A DNA stretch of 64,000 nucleotides, from the NCBI GenBank assembly GCA_020891255.1, contig BQFW01000006.1:1612001-1676000 (forward strand), read 5' to 3'. Source of the DNA: Entomortierella parvispora E1425. Lineage: Eukaryota > Fungi > Mortierellomycota. The translations under genes and the position numbers were made by a program. The notes beneath the pieces are model-generated. The model had not been told where the DNA came from, searched no databases, and was given only the letters and a program-made list of their open reading frames with translations. Below, one piece after another: positions 1-8,496 of this stretch; position 1 is the first letter of the stretch, and every line of letters starts with the position of its first letter.

Positions 1-31
1 GTCGATCATTTGTTTGTTCCCCCCAACTTAC

Positions 32-777
32 AACGCGGTACCAGCAGGGCTGGCCACGGCGAGTCTTGCTGTTGTCCATGATATCGTCAGAGACCAAGAA
101 GAAAGCTTGGAGCTATACAGAGTCGCAAAAACAAAAGAAAAAAGTCATCGTGTCAGAAAGAGATCAAAGACAGAAAGCGAGATAAAAAGCTGAAAAAAAA
201 CAACGAAGCAGGCAACTTACCCACTCAATGCACCAGCCCAAAAGGTTGGCCTTGAAGATCTCCTCCTTGGACAAAGGCTCGCCGCGCTTGAGGATGCGGA
301 GAGTCTCGGCAACGGTCAAACCACGGTTCATCTTGCCTATAAACAATTGACATGTGTAACGATTTAGTATTCTGCTATTTCCTCGCATTTGTTCAATATG
401 GAAATCCCTCTAGAGTTCAACTGACATCGTTTTGGATGATGTCTCTCTGATGATCCAAGTCAAGCTCCTGCTACGGCAACTCACCTCCAAGAACGTTGTG
501 GCGCATGGACTAGAAAGGCAAAGAGAAAGAATAACATGTTAGAATGGTATCTCAGAGATCATTGAAGTGGTGTAGAAGCAAGTTTATGAGGTTTTGAAGT
601 GTGTGAGTGCAGATTGTATGAGTGAGAGTAAGATGTAAATGAGGATGAGGATGAACTTCTTACACGCTCGAACCACTCGATGGCATTCTCGGGGATGCGG
701 AGGGATCGCAAGTGGCTGAGGAGCTCCTCGGCGAGGACGGGGAAGACGTCGTTGAATTCCTTGACAGCGTCAGTCAT
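32..777 (-). CDS. ERG20: Farnesyl pyrophosphate synthase, 5' part; gene runs off the left edge
   Basis: Exons 777-664, 509-485, 336-221 and 112-32 with GT-AG borders splice to [12 protein letters not shown]...LGGKMNRGL...[32 protein letters not shown]. This has the first Asp-rich motif DDIMD and the RRGQPCW motif of FPPS. Confidence 0.95.
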
Positions 778-1526
778 TGTGAGGTATTTTTGAGGATGAG
801 AGGGAAGAGTGGGAAAGAGATGATGAATGGAAAGAGATTGAATGAGCGAAAAGACCGACGCTTTTTTATTTTGGCACAGAATGCGAGCGGAGGTATGATA
901 GGGACGAGACAAGGGAAGGATTCTTGGTCGTGGGAAGAGAACGTCGCCCGTCCCTTTGCCCTCAGGCACAGATCAACAGTCACCCTCCCGCGCAGTGATT
1001 GGCCCGTGCCATTGTCATGCAACTCACAACGGTTCTTTTCCGTCTGCTCTGTCTGCATGCATGCTACTCTCTCTCTCTTTCCCAATTGCTTTTCTCTGAA
1101 CGTGTCGGGCTTGAGCTCATCACCCGATAGTAATGCCGCGACTTCTAGGCAATCATTCTCTCTAGATATTCCCTTTTGTTCCTTTCTTTCTTGTCTCTCT
1201 CCATGACGTGGTTCAATTAATAGTTCATTCTGAAAAATGTGATCAGGAGACCACGGGTGCCAGAGGTGGGGTGATGGACGACTATGGATAGTCGCGGATG
1301 GGAGAACGCGTGGTGCAATGTAGGTCAAAGTAGATTCTACGTGTAACAAGGAGAGTAGAGGCTTGGACATCTCGAATAGCGCTGGGTCCAAACTAGATAG
1401 TCTACTTCGATCAAACACCACTGCGGACGCCATGACAATACACAAAGGACAAAGATCCAGCTGGTCCTTTCGGCTATCACTTTTTTTTTTTTTTTTTTTT
1501 TTTTGCTTGTTCTTTCATGCTCTAAT

Positions 1527-2777
1527 CTAGTAGCCTCCTTGGTAGTATCCTCCTTGGTTAGGCGGTGGCATGTTATATTGTGGTGCTGGATAGTCTCCAT
1601 AGGCACCTCCGGGGGTGTATCCATTGACCTGTCCCTGATTGTGCCAGCCCTGGGGTGGGATAGAGCTCATTCGCTTGTTGATCGCACTCGTGAATCCAGG
1701 ATTCGGTGGATAGTATCCCAATTCTTCCCCTCCTCCTCCGCCACCACCTCCGTATTGCGAAGAATTGTCAAACTGTCCCTCTAAACAATGACGGGGGAAG
1801 ACGCCCTTGATGCCGCCTCTCGTGTTATTAACGCCCATACACCAACCATCGTCATACTCCTGCAAGATCGTGACCGAGTCTCCGAGGTTGATCTCAATCT
1901 CATCTGCCAACGCGGGCGTGTAGGTCGATCTCACACTAAACGTCCCCAGGGGCTTGGTCGGTGTCATCGGAAGGCTCTCCTTGGCCTTGGACGCCTCGGA
2001 GATCTTTGCGTAGGGGTTGTTATGGTTGAATTGAGCCGTCTGCTGCAAGAGAGCCGTGGCAAGGTTCTTCTTCCTTCGATGGCGACAGAACGCGACACCG
2101 CCTAGGGCGAAAACGATCAGACCTCCAACAATGCCCAGGCCAATAAAGACCTTCTCGGATACTTTGGTCGGTACCCCTGATCCATCATCCGATGAAGGTG
2201 AAACGGAGGGTGATGCTGAATCTGTTGAACTGGATCCTGGGCTGGCCACTGGTGCTGAAGCAGAGTGTGCGTTCGAAGAAGAGTGTGTTGTCTTGGACGG
2301 TGATGGATTAGGATTAGGATTAGAAGGGGGGCTAGAGGAAGGACTCGGGTTGGGATGAGGTGCGGGGTTTGGATTCGGGATCGTAGGCGTTGGTTGCGGA
2401 TGAGGAGAAGAAGGGCCAGGCAGGGTGCTTGGTTCAGGGTCTGGATTCTGAGTGGATGGAGGTAGAGCTACTGGTGATGATTTTGGGTGCGACGTTTGGA
2501 CAGGAGCTGGAACTACTGGAGGCTCTACAGCAGGTGGAGCAGCGACGGGAGAGATATTGTGCGCAGGAGGAGAAGGAGGAGGAGAGAGGGAAGAAAGTGG
2601 AGGAAGCTGAAATTGTCTCTTTCGGAAATACGATGATCGCGTTGCTCGGGCGACTAGTTCCAGTTGGTTCAGCTTGCCGTCGTTGTCGTTGTTGGGGAGA
2701 GGATGTGCTTCTGTGGACAAGGAGAGGAGGGCGAGGAAGGCAAGGACTGCCAAGGTCGATTGGGGGTTGAACCGCAT
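1527..2777 (-). CDS. Single-pass membrane protein with signal peptide, Pro/Ser-rich ectodomain, TM helix and cytosolic SH3 domain (416 aa)
   Basis: Intronless ORF with hydrophobic N-terminus, FRKR dibasic site, PNPNP/Ser-rich tract, TM VFIGLGIVGGLIVFALGGVAFC followed by RHRRKK, and SH3 signature YTPALADEIEINLGD...YDDGWCMG...GVFPRHC. Confidence 0.9.
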   Translation of the reverse strand: MRFNPQSTLAVLAFLALLSLSTEAHPLPNNDNDGKLNQLELVARATRSSYFRKRQFQLPPLSSLSPPPSPPAHNISPVAAPPAVEPPVVPAPVQTSHPKSSPVALPPSTQNPDPEPSTLPGPSSPHPQPTPTIPNPNPAPHPNPSPSSSPPSNPNPNPSPSKTTHSSSNAHSASAPVASPGSSSTDSASPSVSPSSDDGSGVPTKVSEKVFIGLGIVGGLIVFALGGVAFCRHRRKKNLATALLQQTAQFNHNNPYAKISEASKAKESLPMTPTKPLGTFSVRSTYTPALADEIEINLGDSVTILQEYDDGWCMGVNNTRGGIKGVFPRHCLEGQFDNSSQYGGGGGGGGEELGYYPPNPGFTSAINKRMSSIPPQGWHNQGQVNGYTPGGAYGDYPAPQYNMPPPNQGGYYQGGY

Positions 2778-3183
2778 AGGGTTGGTGTGGGGTCGTTAAA
2801 CCTTTTGTTGTCAAAAAAAAACAAGAAAAAAAGGTCGTGAAGGGTGGCGAGAATTCGGGGATGGACGCGAAAGTGGGGGGAGTCCTGAGAAGTTCTGTTT
2901 AAAAGAGAAAAAAAAGACAGACAGACGACGGTCGCTGAAAGTGAAGGACAAGGTCTGGGTAGCGTACAGTACAACGGGATCCAAAAATAAGTTAATTAAT
3001 TGCGAGGTTGATTGTAGCGTGGATCGAATACCAGACTAATGGGAGGCTATCTCGCTTGTTTACATTGACACGCTGTACTTACAAGAAAGAGGGGGGGATG
3101 TAGGACGAGGGGGATAGGTCAAGAACGAAGAAAAAGTGAAGGAAAGAGAGGAAAGGGAGCGGAAACAAAAAAGGTCGTTGTGC

Positions 3184-3217
3184 GAGTAAGCACTGAGGAG
3201 TAAGCACTGAGGAGTAA
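3184..3217 (+). repeat. Tandem 14-bp duplication (GAGTAAGCACTGAG)x2 plus a partial copy
   Basis: Read directly at 3184-3197, 3198-3211 and 3212-3217. Confidence 0.85.
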
Positions 3218-4067
3218 TCACAAGCACACTAGACCAGCAGATGGGCAAGGAATTTAAAAAAAGGAACTAGGAAATAAAACAAGGCACGAACGGAGCGTTG
3301 CTTTGCTCTGGACAATAGTAGGCGACAATAAAACTGAACGGAAAGAGTGGAAGGGTGACCTGTCTGTGTTGTCTGTGTGAGCGATGCAGGAGGTGGTTCA
3401 ATGGGTCAGGAGAAAATGGAGTAGTCTTTAGACGCGGGTGTTGCGTTGCCACGATGATTGTGTGAGCAATTGTGCACGGATCCGGAACAGAAACACCCAC
3501 AGAGGAGTGCTGCAGGAAGGTCCCTTTCAGTGGGAGGCCAGCAAAGAAAGCAAGGAGATGACACAACTGGTACAGACGGAGGCAGCACTTTTTTGGGGCG
3601 GGAATGTCGTAAACGAAGGTGCAATATGAAAATACAAAAAGAAAGAAAAGAGGGGAGGACTTGCACTGCAGCAGTCGGGGTATGTGTCTCCAGCGTGTCG
3701 CCCGAGATTGGCGCACGAACAAGGTTGGCCAGGGGCGCCTGCCTGTAATTGTCTCCGCAATGAATGACCCAAAAATTGGGGTCCAGGTCCAGCGCCACCA
3801 AAATGACTTGGGTCACATGATCGATAAGCCACCCTAGCAAGCTTATATCACAGAGAAAAATTTTCCCAGTGTGTTTTGTTCTTTGTCCTTCACCCACATC
3901 CTTCCTTTGTACCAAGGGTAAGTCCGTCGATCTGCTTGATACTCTCCTCCCCTTCATTCCTCCTATTCGCCGCCGATCGCGTTGACATTGCCGGATTCAT
4001 AGGTCATAGTCAAATACTCTTTGACCCGTGCCTTCGTACCGAGCCTTGTCTTCCATCGGTGGACTAT

Positions 4068-4196
4068 TCGCGTTATTGTGAATGATGATTCCAACTTTGT
4101 CTTCATTTTATCTTATCGACCATGGTGAAACTTTTACATTCCTTCGCTGAGGAGTGTCATACTTGCCAGTATAATCCACTGACCCACATAATGCGA
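4068..4196 (+). ncRNA. Candidate box C/D snoRNA, target not identified (intron 1 of host)
   Basis: C box ATGATGA 4082-4088, internal CTGA 4147-4150, D box CTGA 4179-4182. A 12-bp terminal stem (4068-4080 with 4185-4196) has one bulge and one G-U pair. Confidence 0.7.
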
Positions 4197-4405
4197 CCCA
4201 CAACTTGATCCCAATCCACTTGCAAAGAAATGTATGTTGATCATGTATCTAACCTGTACATTCTATCGTCTGCGAACAGGTCTTTGTTTCGATCTTTCTG
4301 ATAATTCGGAAGGTTTCCTCACCTTGGCCCGCGGTTGACCAAGATGTAACGAGATGGTGAGTTTGAATCACAATTTGGCATTTGCCATTGTTGTGTGACA
4401 GGATT

Positions 4406-4586
4406 TTGAATGATGAAGATCTTTAATTCGCAGTTTCCACCGAAAGGACCATGTTTAAGAACATTCACAGCCTCTTCCATCTCATCTCGAGTGTCAGTGA
4501 AGCGATCAGAGAGCAGTATGCCATCGTCGAGTGCTGTGGATGGATCTTTCCTGATGATGGACTTAACTTCCTTGGATGTCTGATCA
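4406..4586 (+). ncRNA. U14: U14 box C/D snoRNA (intron 2 of host)
   Basis: C box ATGATGA 4410-4416. Domain A ATTCGCAGTTTC 4426-4437 is antisense to conserved 18S GAAACUGCGAAU. Domain B CTTCCTTGGATGT 4567-4579 is antisense to 18S ACAUCCAAGGAAG and directly precedes D box CTGA 4580-4583. These are the diagnostic U14/snR128 elements. Confidence 0.93.
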
Positions 4587-4863
4587 CTATTCTCGACACA
4601 ATTTTTTTTTCTCCTTTCAATCAATTGCTCATGGTATTCAATATCAGATCGCTAACCGCCTTTCGATTTGTGTTCAGTCTTTAGATACCCTCGTTGATCA
4701 CATCTTGTCTTTCCAGTCCACAATCAACCCGTCTTCTCAAGGTAATAACAACGTCGATTTTTGGACATTTGAACATCCATCGAATAAGGTGGAAGGTGGG
4801 GGTTATCACAAAGGATCGCGTTCACAGGAGAATAAAAGGAAAGAAAAAAAGAGAGGGGGAAGA

Positions 4864-4964
4864 ATTTCAATGATGAAATTACATTTTATAATTCTTTGAT
4901 AGGAAAAGCCGTCTTATAGTCCCTAAGATACTGAGGACATGACGAGAAAATGTTTTCTGAAAAT
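4864..4964 (+). ncRNA. Candidate box C/D snoRNA (intron 3 of host)
   Basis: Boxes in canonical order: C ATGATGA 4870-4876, D' CTGA 4931-4934, C' ATGACGA 4939-4945, D CTGA 4957-4960. An external stem (4826-4839 with 4966-4979) has 13 of 14 positions paired, including one G-U. Confidence 0.72.
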
Positions 4965-5325
4965 ACCTTCTGTTCTCCTTCGTGTTCGTGATCTCTTTTG
5001 TGAGGTTTTTCCCAGAGAGGGGGAAAATGAGGGCAGGAGGGTCTTCGAGTCCATCGCAATGAATTTTACAGACTCTAACGTCAAATACTTCAATTTATTC
5101 CGAACAGATTCACTTCAAGAATACAGGCTCCTTGTTACAGAAATCGTTTAAGGTAAGTTCAATCTCAAGATTTGTAGTCAAGGTGCTTGAAGCGAAATAA
5201 TAAAAAAAACGTTGAAAAATACCTTTTCTTGAATTGAAGTCGATGAGGCAGCGTGATGTTCATGATGAATGCAGCAGACATTGTTTAAATCTGCACAGCG
5301 GCGAAGATCTTGAAGGTCCATTGAG

Positions 5326-5370
5326 TCACGTGATATGCATATCATGTGATTTCAGTTCGTTATCACGTGA
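5326..5370. promoter_or_regulatory. Imperfect 24-bp palindrome and two TCACGTGA E-box (bHLH) sites upstream of the tRNA
   Basis: TCACGTGATATGCATATCATGTGA at 5326-5349, and a second TCACGTGA at 5363-5370. Function is inferred only. Confidence 0.4.
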
Positions 5371-5419
5371 TTATATTTGTATTTAAATGTCTGAGAAACA
5401 TAACCGATAAGTGATCAAG

Positions 5420-5491
5420 GCTAACATAGTATAATGGTTAGTATATCTCGTTGTGGCCGAGACGATCCTGGTTCGATTCCAGGTGTTAGCA
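5420..5491 (+). tRNA. tRNA-His (GTG), intronless
   Basis: Acceptor stem GCTAACA/TGTTAGC, anticodon arm TCTCG-TTGTGGC-CGAGA, T-arm CCTGG-TTCGATT-CCAGG, discriminator A, and Pol III terminator TTTTT at 5499-5503. Confidence 0.97.
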
Positions 5492-6094
5492 CACTTACTT
5501 TTTGCATTTTCGGATAGTCCACTTTTGCTGCTGTAGGCTACTCCACAAATGCAGGAGCGCAAAAGAGATCCGCGTGCGCTTCATACTTTTTTAGATGTCC
5601 CGAAAATGGCTCCATTGTGCTCAAGGCTATGTTTTTATTGGACGCTTGTGTTAGACGGGTACTTCTGGGCTAGTATCGCAAGCATCGCAAGGCTAGGATT
5701 CTTGTCGCTGCACTTGTTTTAGCTACGCGTCCTGACCATTTAGAGTCAGAGGAAATATATGCCAGGTATCGATGTTTTAACACCGTTCTACATGGGGCAA
5801 CTGGGTGCCTCGACCTATTGCTATGGTTTGGAAGAATACCATACCAGTATATGATTATATGATTGGGGGGATGACTGAGTTGGTACCAGGGCTTTAGAAC
5901 AAGTACACGAGTTAGAATCACCTCAGCAAGCGCATTCTCATTCACCACTAAATAATATCCCACGCCTGCAACATGCTCAAAAACATTTCTTAGAAATGGT
6001 GCCAAGTTCAAGACGTTTCAATAAGTATATTATGAAGTAAATGTTACAGGGTATTATTTCAGATAAAAGTACATGAGATAGTGGAACGGAAGCC

Positions 6095-7112
6095 CTACGG
6101 GCGTTGTTGAGAAGGAAGGGAAGTCAAAGGGGATGAGGATGAAGATGAGGCCGAATGAATGCTCGAGCCTACAAATTGGTCCTCTGCCACTGTCTCTTGG
6201 TACTTTGGCGGCAAGGCCTCTCCGAGAAGGATATTGTGTTGTGGATCATTTAACGCATCCGATTCTGTCTTTGGCATATAACTTGGCAACTCATTGTCCC
6301 TGGCAAGGATTTCCTCATCAGAAGCGTGTGGGTCGGATGCAGGATGGTCATGGAACGAATGCTCGTCAATATGATCAATAGTCGTCAAATCTACTGTCCA
6401 GCACGGCAATCCCAAGTTGAACCGATAGGCCATTCGTGTCATCCTGGTGCCCACCGTGTGGTGCCTGGGACGCAGTCTGTAAAGGACTCCGTAGCGAACC
6501 ATATCCTGATTGTTGAATGTTTGCAACAGTTCCTGAATGCTCTTTTGTGCCTATTCAGAACAAATTTGGTTTCATGGTTTCACAGAGAAAATGAGGGGAC
6601 AACAGATTAGCCAATATACGGGATGGAAGGAAGTGATACATGGTCTGCAACCTTGCTGTCCAAGGATGGCCGGAAAAGGGTGTGGGAAAACCGGAAAAGA
6701 GGTTTGTTACCTTCTCCAACCGTGCGAGAAACGACATCTTGGATACAAAGGTCAGGATCATGACCGCAATCACCCCCAAGACCCACAGTTTCCCGTCGCT
6801 GACATGGAGTGCCAGGAGCGTGATGACAAAGGCGATAAAAAAGACAAGGACAGAAACCACGGAGGCCACATAGGTGTAAGTCGACGGGAAGTGCAAGTTG
6901 AGGTGTTCCTGAAGGCTTTTGACTCGGACTTGAAACAGCTCCACAGGGTACTCTCCGAGAGGAATTTGAGAAGTAGCAACGCTGAGGTCGATGACTTGCC
7001 CTTGTTCTTGTTGTTGAGGTGTATGTTGTTCTTGTTTTTGTGAGGACCCTTGCAGGTCCAGTGTGGGTCTCCTGAAAGTAAGTAATAGTGGCAGAGAGCG
7101 AAGGATAGGCAT
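6095..7112 (-). CDS. Hypothetical two-TM membrane protein (~285 aa) with C-terminal PY motifs
   Basis: Exons 7112-6711 and 6550-6095 join in phase 0 across a GTAACA...ATAG intron. There are two hydrophobic helices, and LPSY and PPKY in the tail. The start codon is uncertain. Confidence 0.7.
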
Positions 7113-7737
7113 GGTTGGTCAGAGTCTGTGCGCTGCTGTGAGGGGGTGAAAGGTGGTGCGCTAGCAGCGAATGGGTCAGGTGTGAGCTGCAGGGGTAAAT
7201 GTGGAAAAGCAAATGAATGAATGAATGAATGAAAAAGGAAAACAAGAAAGGAAAGAAAGAGGCAGCACCCTCCTCCAAATGGACGTTGTGTGCGCTCAAA
7301 GGGGGTCCGAACGCGCTGTGCTCTCTCCTTCCTTGGGATGTTGGCAGCCAGAACAGGAAGAACAGTGCGGCCCCTTTGCTCCTGTTTTCCATCATCCATA
7401 TCCATCATCGATCTTTCTTTTTCAGTAGCTCGACAATCATTCTTTGTCGGGAATGATCTTCAGCGACGATAACCATTTAACAACAATGTCACTGACACGG
7501 GCGGCAACGGTTTGGGCAGCAGGGCAGGGTTCAGATGGGCCAATCGCGCACGTTCGCAATGATGCGATATCTGAACTGCTCCTGTCAGCCCTGATGAATT
7601 ACATGTAATCAACATGTAATTGACCAAGAACCTGAAGCACGTGACCTAATGCACAGCCCTTAATACATGCCAGATCTCTATGGCATTCCTGTTCCTGCAT
7701 TCTCCTTAATCCCACAACAAAAACCCACCATATAGCC

Positions 7738-8428
7738 ATGAACGCGCTCAAGGTAGAAGCCAGTAGTTTTCTCTGCTGTGGTGTATCAGCGTACTTTGTA
7801 TTGTGTCACTGACTCGTATTGCCGCATGCATAGACCTCAACAAGATCAATAACCGGAATCAGCCGGAGGTACACTTCTGCGGCTGCATCGACATCGGCCT
7901 CGACTACAACCACCACAAGCTCCAGGAAGCGGGAAAGCTTGGATCCTGCGACCAACACAGATAAATTCCTTGTCGGGACACCTCACCCAGTATCAAACTT
8001 GCGGCCTGTGCTGTATCCGGTTCCCAAAAATGAATCAGAGGATGATCGGATCTTTCGGGAAAGGCGAGAGCGTGTCGATGCCTTCAACCAGAACTTTTGG
8101 GTCAACAACAACACCATGTTTAACAAGGCGAAGGCTGAGTACGAGGCAAAGAGTAAGTTTCAGAGACGTCTCACTGTATGGAGGCCAATCTTGGACACGC
8201 CCGTTCCCCATGTTTTAACAAGTAGGACTTCATTATCTCTCTCCTGATTTAGTTCGCGCACAGAATGGGAATGTAGCGGTGACAACAGAGGAGCTTTCAG
8301 TATTCTACAAGGACTTTCTGGATAAAGCATATGAGCGCCAAATGAACTACAACAGACAGTGGTGGGTGGAGAACATCGGGCTCTTACTTCCCGCCGCCAA
8401 AGCAGCCGTCAGGAAGTGGACAAGGTAG
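7738..8428 (+). CDS. COA8: Cytochrome c oxidase assembly factor 8 / APOPT1 (DUF2315) homolog
   Basis: Exons 7738-7752, 7834-8152 and 8253-8428. An Arg/Ser/Thr-rich presequence precedes VGTPHPVSNLRPVLY, FNQNFWVNNNTMF and EELSVFYKDFL...QMNYNRQWW, which match the family motifs. Confidence 0.85.
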
Positions 8429-8496
8429 ACAGCATAACAAAAGAAAATAAATGCAGTATGTATGTACACTTTATTTTCGAGGGCGATCATTTGGAC

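Larger units (their letters stand above)
3918..5152 (+). ncRNA. Spliced non-coding snoRNA host transcript with at least 3 introns; true ends not determined
   Basis: Donor/branch/acceptor sets: GTAAGT 3918/TCTAAC 4248/CAG 4279; GTGAGT 4357/GCTAAC 4651/CAG 4677; GTAATA 4742/TCTAAC 5074/CAG 5107; a further donor GTAAGT at 5153. Exons of 45-77 nt have no ORF. Each intron holds a C/D box pair. Confidence 0.75.

Noticed and set aside
774-1445. Overlapping 164-223-aa ORFs upstream of FPPS
   Set aside because: They have low-complexity intergenic or UTR composition on both strands, with no motifs or consistent splice model.
3406-3957. 183-aa minus-strand ORF with CFLC...CGCFCSGSVHNC resembling a RING-variant
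   Set aside because: Ligand spacing is incomplete, the composition is UTR-like, and it overlaps the probable promoter and first exon of the snoRNA host.
4319-4624. 101-aa minus-strand ORF (MIERRKKNC...)
   Set aside because: It lies antisense to U14 and its intron, starts at a non-ATG codon, and the + strand RNA motifs explain the sequence.
5670-6011. 113-aa ORF downstream of the tRNA, considered as a mobile-element relic
   Set aside because: It has a non-ATG start, no transposase or RT motif, and no terminal repeats or target-site duplication.
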